Source of the DNA: Acidimicrobiales bacterium
GTDB taxonomy: Bacteria > Actinomycetota > Acidimicrobiia > Acidimicrobiales > JABEUL01
Length of the DNA: 51,361 nt
Direction of reading: 5' to 3'
Assembly (NCBI GenBank): GCA_027371755.1
Contig: DAHXLF010000001.1
Coordinates: 1-51,361 of the forward strand
This document shows, one piece after another, positions 9,636 through 19,603 of this stretch. Every line of letters starts with the position of its first letter. Positions within the stretch are counted from its first letter, which is position 1. The position numbers were made by a program, and so were the translations under genes. The notes under the pieces were generated by a model. It worked only from the letters and a program-made list of their open reading frames with translations. It did not search any database and was not told the origin of the DNA.

Positions 9636-10382
9636 ATGAGTTTAAGGCAAAAACGGTTTATCGATAGTGACGCGCACGGCTACGAAGGTAGTGAAAACAA
9701 TAGTGTCAAGTTAATATCTGAATCTACGACTGGTGTTTTAAGCTTAAACAGAATAGACGTATTCTACGGAAAGTATCAAGCTCTGTTTGACGTTAGTTTT
9801 AAAGTTCAAAAAGGCGAAGCACTTGCAATTACAGGTTTGAATGGGGCTGGAAAAACTACCTTAACCAGAGTCATCTCAGGGCTCGTGCAGCCACGGTCAG
9901 GTTGCATCTACTTTAACGGTGAAAATATTACGGGGATGCGAATTGAAAAGATCAATTCCAGAGGGCTGGATCTGATTCCGGACAGGTCGGCAGTCTTTAA
10001 TTCTCTTAGCGTAACTGAAAATTTAAGAATATTCTTTTATAAAACAAATTCAAATACTCCGGTTGAAGAGCTGGTTCAACGATCATTTGATCTTTTCCCC
10101 AGACTTAAAGAGCGAGGAAATCACGTTGCTGGCAACTTAAGCGGCGGTGAGCAGCGAATGCTAAGTTTGGCAAAGGCATTGGTTGATCCTCCAGAATTTT
10201 TGGTGGTAGATGAGTTGTCAATGGGACTTGCTCCTAGAATATTGGATGAAATATGGAAAAGAATTGAAGAGATAAAATCTTCTGGAACCACAATGTTGTT
10301 GGTAGAGCAATACAGTCGTGACGTGGAAAAAGTTGCCAGCCGAGAAATCCGTTTGGAAAAAGGCCAAATAGTTGGAAGTTAA
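9636..10382 (+). CDS. livF: ABC transporter ATP-binding protein, LivF-like
   Basis: Walker A GLNGAGKTT, signature LSGGEQRML, Walker B LVVDELSMGLAP. The ATG follows the livG stop directly. Confidence 0.85.
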   Translation: MSLRQKRFIDSDAHGYEGSENNSVKLISESTTGVLSLNRIDVFYGKYQALFDVSFKVQKGEALAITGLNGAGKTTLTRVISGLVQPRSGCIYFNGENITGMRIEKINSRGLDLIPDRSAVFNSLSVTENLRIFFYKTNSNTPVEELVQRSFDLFPRLKERGNHVAGNLSGGEQRMLSLAKALVDPPEFLVVDELSMGLAPRILDEIWKRIEEIKSSGTTMLLVEQYSRDVEKVASREIRLEKGQIVGS

Positions 10383-10604
10383 TAGTTTAAGATAACCTCG
10401 CATAATATTTGAGCCCGTCAAAATTCATTTACAGTATAGATTTCCGGTTGACAATTTAGAGACTGTCCTTCGGAAAATTTGCTTATTTAAACCAATTGGA
10501 ATTAAGATTTAATATTGTCGTTAATTTTTGAAGTGAACTTGTGACTTTTTGAATCTTGAATCCAACCATCCGAAATTAATATCGGATAGTATTTTCGGTA
10601 TTCG

Positions 10605-12023
10605 ATGAGAAACGTCATTTTGGATAAATGCCGAAAGTCAATTCATATAAATTCTTTAACTGTGGCCGTTACTAAATCCGAAAATCGTATAATAAAAAAA
10701 ATTGGTTACATGTGGCCCATGTTAGTTTTGGGACTGGTCACTATGGTTGATAATGCCGATCAATCTATTGTACGAGGGGTTGCGCTTCAGATTGAAAGAA
10801 CCTTTCATGTTGGCGATTTTCAAATATCGCTACTGGGAGCGGCAGCAACCGTAGTCAATGCATTGGTTACAATGCCAGCAGGTTATTTGGCAGATCGCTG
10901 GCATAGAGTACGATCAATCATGATCACGGTGCTACTGTGGTCACTGCTATCTACATTTGGTGCCTTTTCGCCCACTTTTTTTACACTTTTTATGGTTCGG
11001 AGTCTATTGGGATTTGGACAAGGAATAACTGAGCCCTCAGGAAATTCTCTTTTGGCAGATTATTATGAGCGAAATGGGAGGGCGAGAGCATTTTCGATGC
11101 AGCAGGCTTTGCTGTATGTGGGAGTTGCGTTAGGAACTACCGGGAGCTCAATAATCGGTCAACATTTGGGATGGCGAGCCGCTTATCTTATGGTATCCAT
11201 ACCTGGTTTGGGAATTGCACTCTTGGTGTTGTTGCTTCATGAGCCCTTTAGAGGATCATCAGACTATTCTGCCCTGAAACTTCGCAAAGAAGATGAACCC
11301 AAAAAGATTAAGCTGTTCGACAAGGGGTTTGGCAATTTTGCAAAGAACATGTTTTCTGGTCTGTATGAGGACGTAAAAACGATACTTAAAATTCCTACTC
11401 TAAGGTTGACATTAGTGGGTGTGGCTTCAATTTTATTTACAGTAAGTGCAATAGGATTTTGGCTTCCGGTATTTTATCTGCGAAGCTTTCATTTAACACA
11501 ATCTAAGGCGGGAATTTACTTCGGCATTATGGTGATTTTAGGCGGACTACCAGGTTTGTATGTAGGCGGAAAATTATCCGATCGTCTCGTACCTATAAAA
11601 TCTGAAACCAGAGTTGTTATTCCTGGGGTTTGTGCAATTGTATCTGTGAGTTTCTTCTTGTTATCTTTTGCGAATTTAACGTTGCTTCCAACGGTAATAT
11701 TGCAAACGGTGGGCTTTTTTGCCGGCACTATGGCCGTGCCAGCACTTCGTGCCGGACTTTCAGATGTAACTCCCGGTACGCTTAGAGGAACGGGTTTTGG
11801 AGCATTTAACTTGACTTCTGTGATCTTTGGGTCTGCAATCGCTCCGACCGTTGTTGGATTTTTCTCTCAGCTATTCGGAAACAATCTTAGGGTAGCTTTT
11901 ATTATCGTACTACCGCCTGTTTATATCGGATCATATCTATTGATCCGAGCCAGAAAACATATAGACAAAGATTCACAGGCTATATTCCAACGGATTTTAG
12001 AAGCCAATAAGTCGGACGATTAA
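10605..12023 (+). CDS. MFS transporter (Spinster-like subfamily)
   Basis: About 12 TM segments and the MFS loop motif GYLADRWHR between TM2 and TM3. The first 35 codons look non-native, so ATG 10710 (MWPMLVLG...) is a plausible true start. Confidence 0.75.
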   Translation: MRNVILDKCRKSIHINSLTVAVTKSENRIIKKIGYMWPMLVLGLVTMVDNADQSIVRGVALQIERTFHVGDFQISLLGAAATVVNALVTMPAGYLADRWHRVRSIMITVLLWSLLSTFGAFSPTFFTLFMVRSLLGFGQGITEPSGNSLLADYYERNGRARAFSMQQALLYVGVALGTTGSSIIGQHLGWRAAYLMVSIPGLGIALLVLLLHEPFRGSSDYSALKLRKEDEPKKIKLFDKGFGNFAKNMFSGLYEDVKTILKIPTLRLTLVGVASILFTVSAIGFWLPVFYLRSFHLTQSKAGIYFGIMVILGGLPGLYVGGKLSDRLVPIKSETRVVIPGVCAIVSVSFFLLSFANLTLLPTVILQTVGFFAGTMAVPALRAGLSDVTPGTLRGTGFGAFNLTSVIFGSAIAPTVVGFFSQLFGNNLRVAFIIVLPPVYIGSYLLIRARKHIDKDSQAIFQRILEANKSDD

Positions 12024-12091
12024 TGAAATAAACCCATTATTTATAAATAGCTTGCATTGACTTAACGATCTTTTTATTGTTAAAGTCAGAT

Positions 12092-13129
12092 CTAAGAACT
12101 TACAAAGTTGTTCAACTGTTGCAAAAATGCAGTTGGATTTTGAAGCATTATCGAATGACCGTAGCCCGTCATGACTACTTTGGTTGCATTTAGCAATCCA
12201 GAGACCAGTAAGTTTGAGTCTTGCTCCGGCATAATTGTGTCTTTGTCGCCCACCAGAATCAAGCATTTAGCTTTAATGGTTGGTAATTTATTCAAGAATT
12301 GACTTGTTTGGTCAAATGCCTGCTGGGCTTGAAATTGTCTGTTAAGCGTAGCATTTGGTATCGGTTCAATGGGGAGCAAATTTGTCGGCGCCATATATGC
12401 ATTTAAGGCAGTTTGGGCTGAAGCCGGAAACATTAATTGGGTTTTTTGCGTATAGGTACTTGACGTGCCGAAAAGTGTTTGAAGTTCAGGTACGGGTATC
12501 TGATAGGAAGAAAGCGATCCCGGAGATGTTCCTACCAAAATAAGATATTTAAACAGATTGGGTGATGATTCTGCCATGGAAATTGCTACTTGACCACCAA
12601 AACCGGCTCCCACCAATATTGGGCTTTTAATATTTAAGTCAGACAGGAGTGTTGAAATTTTTGTCGCAATCCAGCCGATCGTCATAGGCGTGGATGGATT
12701 GTCCGTGCTATATCCCACGCCCGGAAAGTCGATGACGGTAACTTTGTAACTGGCCGAAAGATCTGAAAGCAGCGAAATACCCCATGAATCCATCGATTGT
12801 CCGGCATCATTGAGCAGTATTAAATCCGGACCACTTCCAAATTGGCGATATGCTATAAAAGCAGAACCGATCTGAATTCTATTAGCACTGCCTATAAATG
12901 ATCCGTTTGAGGCAGGTGAAGAGTTCGAAATTTGTGCGACGGCAATGGTTGTCGTGGTGGTCGGCGATACGGCCGTGGAATCTGACGAAGTCGATTCGAT
13001 TTTCTTAACCGCTGATGTTTGGGTTGTTTTTGCAAAAGCTCCGGAAGCCACAAGGCCCATTACCGCAATAGAGACGATTAATAACCATAGAGTTTTTTTT
13101 AAGAGATGTCGGTTTTTAAAAAATTTCAT
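12092..13129 (-). CDS. Secreted alpha/beta-hydrolase-fold protein with the nucleophile Ser replaced by Gly
   Basis: N-terminal signal/TM (LWLLIVSIAVMGLVASGAFA) and a Thr/Ser-rich linker. The hydrolase core is LILLNDAGQS...ILVGAGFGGQVA...LVGDKD...GYGHSIM. The elbow reads G-A-G-F-G-G instead of G-x-S-x-G. Confidence 0.65.
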   Translation of the reverse strand: MKFFKNRHLLKKTLWLLIVSIAVMGLVASGAFAKTTQTSAVKKIESTSSDSTAVSPTTTTTIAVAQISNSSPASNGSFIGSANRIQIGSAFIAYRQFGSGPDLILLNDAGQSMDSWGISLLSDLSASYKVTVIDFPGVGYSTDNPSTPMTIGWIATKISTLLSDLNIKSPILVGAGFGGQVAISMAESSPNLFKYLILVGTSPGSLSSYQIPVPELQTLFGTSSTYTQKTQLMFPASAQTALNAYMAPTNLLPIEPIPNATLNRQFQAQQAFDQTSQFLNKLPTIKAKCLILVGDKDTIMPEQDSNLLVSGLLNATKVVMTGYGHSIMLQNPTAFLQQLNNFVSS

Positions 13130-13462
13130 TTTAACACAGTGTCTAGAACATGCAACAGGTAGAGTTAAGGCGAGTTAATTGTAGGCCAATTGTTGTAGCG
13201 TTACAATTGTAAGTTTGTAAATCAGTCCTTAAATAACCCTATTGATAAATTTTAACTGTAATTTGCGCTACTGTTTTTGCAGAGTACCAAGTTTTAATTA
13301 TTTGGAATCTGAAATGTTATTCCGGTAATTAAAAGTTCATGGTCATTGTGACAATGTATTTAAAATCGCATATTTACAACAGGTAACTAATTTGTCCAAT
13401 AACTGTTTCCGGCTCATCCTAAGATATAGTTATCTGACAATTTCTTACGAAGGAGAAGAAAA

Positions 13463-13984
13463 ATGACTCTGAATTTATTGAAAAGGTTGTTACTTTTGTT
13501 TACGGCTGCTATTTTATTGGCTGCGTGTTCGTCGGGTAGGTCAAATTCACAATCCTCATCTACTTTGTCCACTGGCACTTTACCCAAGCCGTCAATTTCT
13601 AATTCTGAGATTAGAAATGCCTACATTACGCTTTTTGATCTATCAAATCCGGCGATAGAACCGAAGGTAAAAGTTACCCAAGATGGGGTACAGTTACAGG
13701 CGGCAATGAAGACTGCTTTCGGTTCATCATTGTCAAAAGCAGCTGGTAGTGCAACTGTAGTTTCCGTATCCTTGGAATCCAAGCAAGCTTGTTTGATCGC
13801 CGATGTAACGTATCCATGCGCTGAAGTTACATACAACCTTCTGACCCCAACTGGAAGTCCGATTTTTACGACACCTTCTACGGGGTATGCAATTTATTCG
13901 GGTCAAAAGTGGTTAGTTGCCAAAAATACCGTATGCAGCCTACTGACTTTGGCAAACAATAATAGGGCTCCAAAAGGCTGTTGA
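13463..13984 (+). CDS. Small lipoprotein of unknown function
   Basis: Signal peptide with lipobox LLAAC. AGGAGAAG sits 6 nt before the ATG. No recognisable domain. Confidence 0.55.
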   Translation: MTLNLLKRLLLLFTAAILLAACSSGRSNSQSSSTLSTGTLPKPSISNSEIRNAYITLFDLSNPAIEPKVKVTQDGVQLQAAMKTAFGSSLSKAAGSATVVSVSLESKQACLIADVTYPCAEVTYNLLTPTGSPIFTTPSTGYAIYSGQKWLVAKNTVCSLLTLANNNRAPKGC

Positions 13985-14145
13985 TCATTTAAAGATAATG
14001 TGTTAGTCGATATCATAATCGAACATACCGTCTGAACATATAGAGATGACTTTTCACATCAATAAAAGGTAAAACGTATTTGATTGGTAGTTGAATTTTA
14101 ATAGAAGCGAGAACAGATACTACCGCTTTTAGTTGTTGGCCGTTC

Positions 14146-17100
14146 TCATACGGAATTTTTAGGCAGACGTCTCTTTCTGGCAAATTCAGTCAAGCATTGC
14201 ATCGCAAGCATAACAATGGCGATATATATCAAATGAGATTGTTTGGCAAATGTAGCAGGCCAGAAAACACCGGGGGAATAGTTATGAGTGTTTTGCTGAG
14301 CGACAATGGAAAGTCCTGCGTACCCTGCCAAGAATACGGGACCCAGTGATCCTATTAGCCTCAGATATTTAACCTGAGTTAAGACAAATAAAATTATTGC
14401 CAGCACCATCCCGTCGTAACTGTTTAATAGTGCGCTTGAGCCTAAGTAGAACAAAACGCTAACTATGATACTAAAAGTCAAGTTTGCTCTCGGATCGTTG
14501 CTCTTAATCGGGTTGGAAAATCTTGGCAGCAAGTCAACAAGGCTGCCGTTTGAATTTGTGGCTGAATTTCCTAACGCACCAAGTTTTTTTCTGTATTTGA
14601 TTAACAATAATATGATTCCGAGAATGCAAAGTACAAGAATGCCGAATGAAAGATATAATGCAAAATTAATAGAATTCTGAGGTTCGTAATAGAGAGAGAT
14701 GTCGTAGGTTTTTTTGCCGGCGGGAGGTTTAATCAGCCAACCGTTTGAGTATGCGTCAATAAGCGAACTTGAATTCGGAATAAGACTGTTTTGAGTGCCC
14801 GGCGAAGTTATTTGTGCTTTCCAACCGGAATTATAATTTTCCCCCAATACCAACCAAACCGGTTTTCCGTTTGTTGTGACCTTGAGATTAATATTTGTGT
14901 CAGATTGACTCAAAATTTTCATTGCGGCCTTAGGGTTTGGAGTTGCCGCCGGTGGTATAAATCCGTTATTCTGTGACGTTAATATCGCATTGTTGCTCGG
15001 ACGCGGTGAATCAAAGACTAATTGGTCAATATTTATTCCTGCTTTTTGTCCCGCGGCTGTTTCTACAATATGATCTCCGGGTTGAAGTAATATTCCAGAT
15101 GAGTCGGGGCCACAGCCTAAAATCTGAAGGTACTTTCCTTGTAAGGCATTGGCTACTGTACCAATTACCCTAAGCCATATTGGCCGGCCGTCAATAGTAG
15201 CTAAATTGTTTTGACAAGTTCCCGGAAGGTTTGTGGAAATGTTTAATGGTGGTATTAGGTTTGTATTTACCGAAACATTAGAATTAGCTGAAATTAATTG
15301 TGAGGATGTTTGAGTAATGCCCGGTGCGTATTGTAATTTGTAGCTATTGACGGCAATGGGTAGAGTCTCATAAGCGGGCCCAAAATCGTAGGTGCCTTCT
15401 GTGGGGTTAATTGCTTGTACGCTTAGCCGTACGTTGCGACCAGATATTGGGGGAAATTTTAATAAAACAGTGTCGGTTTTGGTGGCGGAATTTACGGACA
15501 AATTGCTCGGCAATGGTATGCTTCGGCTTCCACGTTCCGTGTAGATTGTGACGTAGGTCGGAATGCTGTGGTGACCGTCTGCATAGAAACTTAGATAAAC
15601 CTGGTCAAAAGTTACCGTTACAGGGTTATTTACTTGCAACCATGCTCCAAGCTGGTTATTTAAACCGGTAGCCGTCTGCCAAGCAGAATTTATAGTGCTG
15701 CCTTGAGTTGCAATACTGTAGGCATTGTCGTCTCCGGCTAATCTGCTTGAAGACTCGAAAACTGGTGCCGAAGATGTCGTAGACGATGTTCCGGTAATTA
15801 AAGATTCAATCTTCTGATCCGAAATTTGAGTAGAAAATGTGGCGTCTCCTGATATCTTAAAAGTTCTTTTAGTCGGTAGATTCAAATATCGAGAAATATT
15901 AACTTCCGGGGATGTCCGCTCAGCGAGTGAGCCCACCATTGATCTTGCGAATATATACACGAGCCTGTAGTTTGACGTTAATTTACCGAGATTGGAAATT
16001 AAGTCAGTCGGAGGTCTGATAATTTCCTTTGCGGTTATATTATTGACGTTTACCTGCGAAAAACCTACAGGCAGTACCGTAAAGCCCAAAGGACTATATG
16101 TTTGTAAGATTGTAATTTGCATGGAATCGAACGAGGTTGTCGGGAACTTGATTTTTTGACCCGGTTTCTGTCTGGAACTTTGGTTTAAAGTTGTGGTGAA
16201 ACTGCGCGTTGTCTTGCCGTTGTTCTTCAAAGTTACTCTAATTTGAGTAATCCACATGCTCTGAGAATCGTTAAGCGCTTGAGCCAACACAACGTTGTTT
16301 GAATTTACGGGTGAAAGAAATTTGACCTTAATCCATGAACCAATTGGGCTGTTAAAAGGTGTGGTCGTCCATGCGGTTCCGTAACTTCCGTCGAAGGCGT
16401 TGTACGGCTTTGATTGAGGATTGAACTCAAATACATTATTTGAAACTGAAGCAGAAATGGACTTGACTCCTTGGTCAACGGCAACAGTTTGCATCGCGGA
16501 AGTAGTTTTGGGGAAGATATTAAAATAGGATAGATTTTGAGAAGTTGAAACGTTGTTTTGGCTTGCCGTTTCTATTTCGCTTGACTGATCAATAAAGCTA
16601 GTCCAATCCTTTAGCTGTTTCCTGTTGGTGTCGGTCACGACTAATGTAGCATTTTTTGTCAGTAATGATTTAAGTTTGCTCGGGTTTTTTGCGTAACTGC
16701 CGGAATAATATAGTGTTGGGTTGCCGTTTAAGAGTCCAGAGTTTGCCGCTTCTAATACTCCTAGTCCGTCACCGTCGATGATCACCGGTGAAGAAGGCGA
16801 CTCTAACCTTACTATCGGCCTTGAGTTTTTTACCGGGTAATCTATCAACGGTGGCAATTTTGTAGGCGACGTTTCTGGTACTGACAGTGTTTGGTTGTTA
16901 TAATAAGGCAGTCCATACGGAGGAAAATTTGATTGGGGTTTGCCAAAGCTGATTGGTTTGCCCAGACCTTTGGGTAGCGGGTTTAACATCGTGTTTATGT
17001 TAATCGGCGGCGGAATTTGATACAGCGAATACATTTCGTCGTTTGTAATGAGCATGTCGCCCGCACTCATTAGTCTGAGCATAGCTGAAAGTCCGGCAGG

Positions 17101-18696
17101 GTTCAGGTCCGAGCGCTGAAAGCTGTTGTCTAAATTGTCAAGCAAATTAACTCCATACGTTGAGCCCATGGCAACTTGGTGGCGTTCTGCGGTAGGCCTC
17201 GTGGTAAGTCCTGCAAGCAAAGAATCGTTCGTGCTTCCAAAAGTGTAAGAATCAAAATTCTGTCCGGGTTCTTGAATTACACGTGTATTGGTTCGATTTG
17301 ATGACAGATATTTGCTTGCTTGTAGCCAATAGTTAGGAATGTCTTTACGGGCCATGTTTATATTTACGGTCGAACCGTTGAATAAGCCAGGCAGGTTAAA
17401 AATAGCAAGTAAAAGTAGTAATAAAGCTACAAATTTTTCAATTTTACGAAACCGAAAGTTAATCGCCGATACCATTGCACCGATTAGGATTGCCGAACCC
17501 AATACAAATACGGGAGTTGCTCGAGTTGATGAGCGAAGCGCCAGACCAAGTTCCGAACTTTGAAGTAATTCATAAAATTTGGCTCCAAAATAAGTTTTGT
17601 TTGTAATCGGATAAATTCCTACGCTTATAACAAACCCGAAAATCATTAACCCGACACTTAAAGTCTTATAACGCCACTTAATCAGACCGAAACTAAGAAG
17701 CGCAACCGCCGGCAGCAAAAATGAAATCATAAGTAGCCAATGTTGCGTTTGATATCTAACCGAAGCAGGGATTACGAAGCCGTAACTGCTAACACTGTAG
17801 AAATACCAATAACCTATTCCTCTAAAAATTTCCGCCGGAGTTGAAGTTGAGCTTATGGCAGTTAGGCTTTCGGTGGTTTTAAGTACGTTTAAACCGTATT
17901 TGCTCTCGACTGTCAATGCTTCAATCCAATAAAGCGAAACCATTAACGAAAGGAATAAAAACTGAAACGATACCGATATCGCCCGCCTAACAGTTGTTTC
18001 TTTGTAGATTAAGAAAAATATTAATAATATGACAGGACCCACTGCCACGTATCCAAAAGATGTTGCATTTATGGTACTGCTAAGTGCAACCGTAATTGCA
18101 AAAGCCAATGAATAGATATTTTTTCTGGTCTGTAGTGCTTTTGCGGTAAATGCCATCATCCAACCCAGTGCGGCAACTGGCAGCAATAAGGCTGATATAT
18201 GGTCTATGTACTGGAGCATATATGGTGAAAGCATATAAACAGTTCCGGCGACAGTTGCCCCTGTCGTAGTGAGCTTTAAGGTTTTGCAAAAGTAAAACGC
18301 ACCGGTCCCGGCCAAGAAGAAGACCGTTGCAGACCAAAGTCGTTGTGCAATCCAAACGGGTACATGCAGAAATGAAAAGAAAGAATACCATTCGCCCATT
18401 GGTAAGAGGTAACCGATATTTTGATGGGTTACCGTCCCCATGTCAACTTTTGACGACCAAATTGACGCAACCTGATTTAAATATCCGCTTGGGTTAAGGT
18501 ACAGGTATTGTTTGGTATCAACCGAAATTACCCCGGGCTTAGTTAAAAGCAGCGGAATATAAGTTAATGCCGCCATAAATACAAGTGGCAGCAAATTTTG
18601 GGATGCAATAAATCTTTCTGCAAATTTTATAATTTTGCGTGTTTTTATTATAATATGTGAGGTCAAATTTACTTCGAATTTTAACGAACGTAGCAA
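14146..18696 (-). CDS. AftD-like giant membrane glycosyltransferase (GT-C/DUF3367 family) with a discoidin (F5/8 type C) carbohydrate-binding module
   Basis: 1516 aa. The N-terminal ~430 aa are polytopic with an early DTK motif (VISVDTKQYLYLNP), as in arabinofuranosyltransferase AftD. The large soluble middle contains NAFDGSYGTAWTT (discoidin signature). A C-terminal TM bundle follows. TTG start 18696 is uncertain, and Met at 18576 is possible. Confidence 0.7.
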   Translation of the reverse strand: MLRSLKFEVNLTSHIIIKTRKIIKFAERFIASQNLLPLVFMAALTYIPLLLTKPGVISVDTKQYLYLNPSGYLNQVASIWSSKVDMGTVTHQNIGYLLPMGEWYSFFSFLHVPVWIAQRLWSATVFFLAGTGAFYFCKTLKLTTTGATVAGTVYMLSPYMLQYIDHISALLLPVAALGWMMAFTAKALQTRKNIYSLAFAITVALSSTINATSFGYVAVGPVILLIFFLIYKETTVRRAISVSFQFLFLSLMVSLYWIEALTVESKYGLNVLKTTESLTAISSTSTPAEIFRGIGYWYFYSVSSYGFVIPASVRYQTQHWLLMISFLLPAVALLSFGLIKWRYKTLSVGLMIFGFVISVGIYPITNKTYFGAKFYELLQSSELGLALRSSTRATPVFVLGSAILIGAMVSAINFRFRKIEKFVALLLLLLAIFNLPGLFNGSTVNINMARKDIPNYWLQASKYLSSNRTNTRVIQEPGQNFDSYTFGSTNDSLLAGLTTRPTAERHQVAMGSTYGVNLLDNLDNSFQRSDLNPAGLSAMLRLMSAGDMLITNDEMYSLYQIPPPININTMLNPLPKGLGKPISFGKPQSNFPPYGLPYYNNQTLSVPETSPTKLPPLIDYPVKNSRPIVRLESPSSPVIIDGDGLGVLEAANSGLLNGNPTLYYSGSYAKNPSKLKSLLTKNATLVVTDTNRKQLKDWTSFIDQSSEIETASQNNVSTSQNLSYFNIFPKTTSAMQTVAVDQGVKSISASVSNNVFEFNPQSKPYNAFDGSYGTAWTTTPFNSPIGSWIKVKFLSPVNSNNVVLAQALNDSQSMWITQIRVTLKNNGKTTRSFTTTLNQSSRQKPGQKIKFPTTSFDSMQITILQTYSPLGFTVLPVGFSQVNVNNITAKEIIRPPTDLISNLGKLTSNYRLVYIFARSMVGSLAERTSPEVNISRYLNLPTKRTFKISGDATFSTQISDQKIESLITGTSSTTSSAPVFESSSRLAGDDNAYSIATQGSTINSAWQTATGLNNQLGAWLQVNNPVTVTFDQVYLSFYADGHHSIPTYVTIYTERGSRSIPLPSNLSVNSATKTDTVLLKFPPISGRNVRLSVQAINPTEGTYDFGPAYETLPIAVNSYKLQYAPGITQTSSQLISANSNVSVNTNLIPPLNISTNLPGTCQNNLATIDGRPIWLRVIGTVANALQGKYLQILGCGPDSSGILLQPGDHIVETAAGQKAGINIDQLVFDSPRPSNNAILTSQNNGFIPPAATPNPKAAMKILSQSDTNINLKVTTNGKPVWLVLGENYNSGWKAQITSPGTQNSLIPNSSSLIDAYSNGWLIKPPAGKKTYDISLYYEPQNSINFALYLSFGILVLCILGIILLLIKYRKKLGALGNSATNSNGSLVDLLPRFSNPIKSNDPRANLTFSIIVSVLFYLGSSALLNSYDGMVLAIILFVLTQVKYLRLIGSLGPVFLAGYAGLSIVAQQNTHNYSPGVFWPATFAKQSHLIYIAIVMLAMQCLTEFARKRRLPKNSV

Positions 18697-18944
18697 CGTT
18701 ACTTAAGAACATCTAAAAAGTTTTGGTCATATCTAAGCCTACAGCAGCAGAGTTAAATTTTAATATCAAGTTAGATCGATTTGGCAACCAACGTAATATC
18801 TAATTGCGAGTCAAAAAAGCATAATTCAATTATTTCTATAATTACATTTTAATAATCTTGTTAACAGCCAATTTTTTTCGATAACGTATGTGAATTGCCA
18901 AACAAATTATATGATGTTACAAAACCCATCTTGACGGTATTCGT

Positions 18945-19364
18945 TCATGTTGTATAACAGTAAGTTGAACCGCATGAAATATCATTTACACCAGACGAAT
19001 CTGTCCGTATAGTTGTCGTTGTAAATTCAAAACCTGCTGTATTTGAGCTTAAATCCTGAAGTATAACCGGCATTGAACCTGAATTCGTCCTATTAATATA
19101 ACAGAATGTAACCGACATACATGATAGTGAATTTTAAGATGCAAGATTTGAATCATTTATAGCAACTAAAGCTACCGAAGTTGTATTGTTTGTTGTGTTA
19201 ACCGTAACGTCAAATACTATAGGAGTTGAAGAATCAGTTCCCATAGCAAAACAGTTTGAACCGATAGGGCATGAAATCGAACTGAATGAAGTGGCCTCGA
19301 ATTCGTACAAGATTAAAAGTAAGTTAGAGAAGCCTATATTAATAAAAACAACAAAAATATAGAA
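18945..19364 (-). pseudogene. Start-less 140-codon reading frame with one in-frame TAA (19134-19136) and an internal Cys-motif repeat. Probably the relic of a small secreted protein gene.
   Basis: Hand translation: FYIFVVFINIGFSNLLLILYEFEATSFSSISCPIGSNCFAMGTDSSTPIVFDVTVNTTNNTTSVALVAINDSNLAS*NSLSCMSVTFCYINRTNSGSMPVILQDLSSNTAGFEFTTTTIRTDSSGVNDISCGSTYCYTT*. The N-terminus is hydrophobic and signal-like. The unit SC-x4/5-C-[FY] occurs three times. No ATG or GTG lies upstream of the hydrophobic segment. Confidence 0.4.
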
Positions 19365-19417
19365 CTATTCAAATGGACTTAGGGGAGCAGAAGCAATATT
19401 AAAAAAACTCAAATGGG

Positions 19418-19439
19418 GCAGAGTTGCAGCAGAGTTGCA
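19418..19439. repeat. 11-bp perfect tandem duplication
   Basis: gcagagttgca (19418-19428) is followed directly by gcagagttgca (19429-19439). Confidence 0.85.
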
Positions 19440-19603
19440 TTAGAGAACACTGTTACTAATGCTATTAGTACACTTAATACTTTGGCTCTACACCTAAGTA
19501 TCTGGCGTTTATAAAAAGAAAGTAATAAAAATTTTATACTTAAAAAAATATTAATTTGACACCAATAATTAATATGTAGTAAGATAATAATAAGTTGTTT
19601 GGG

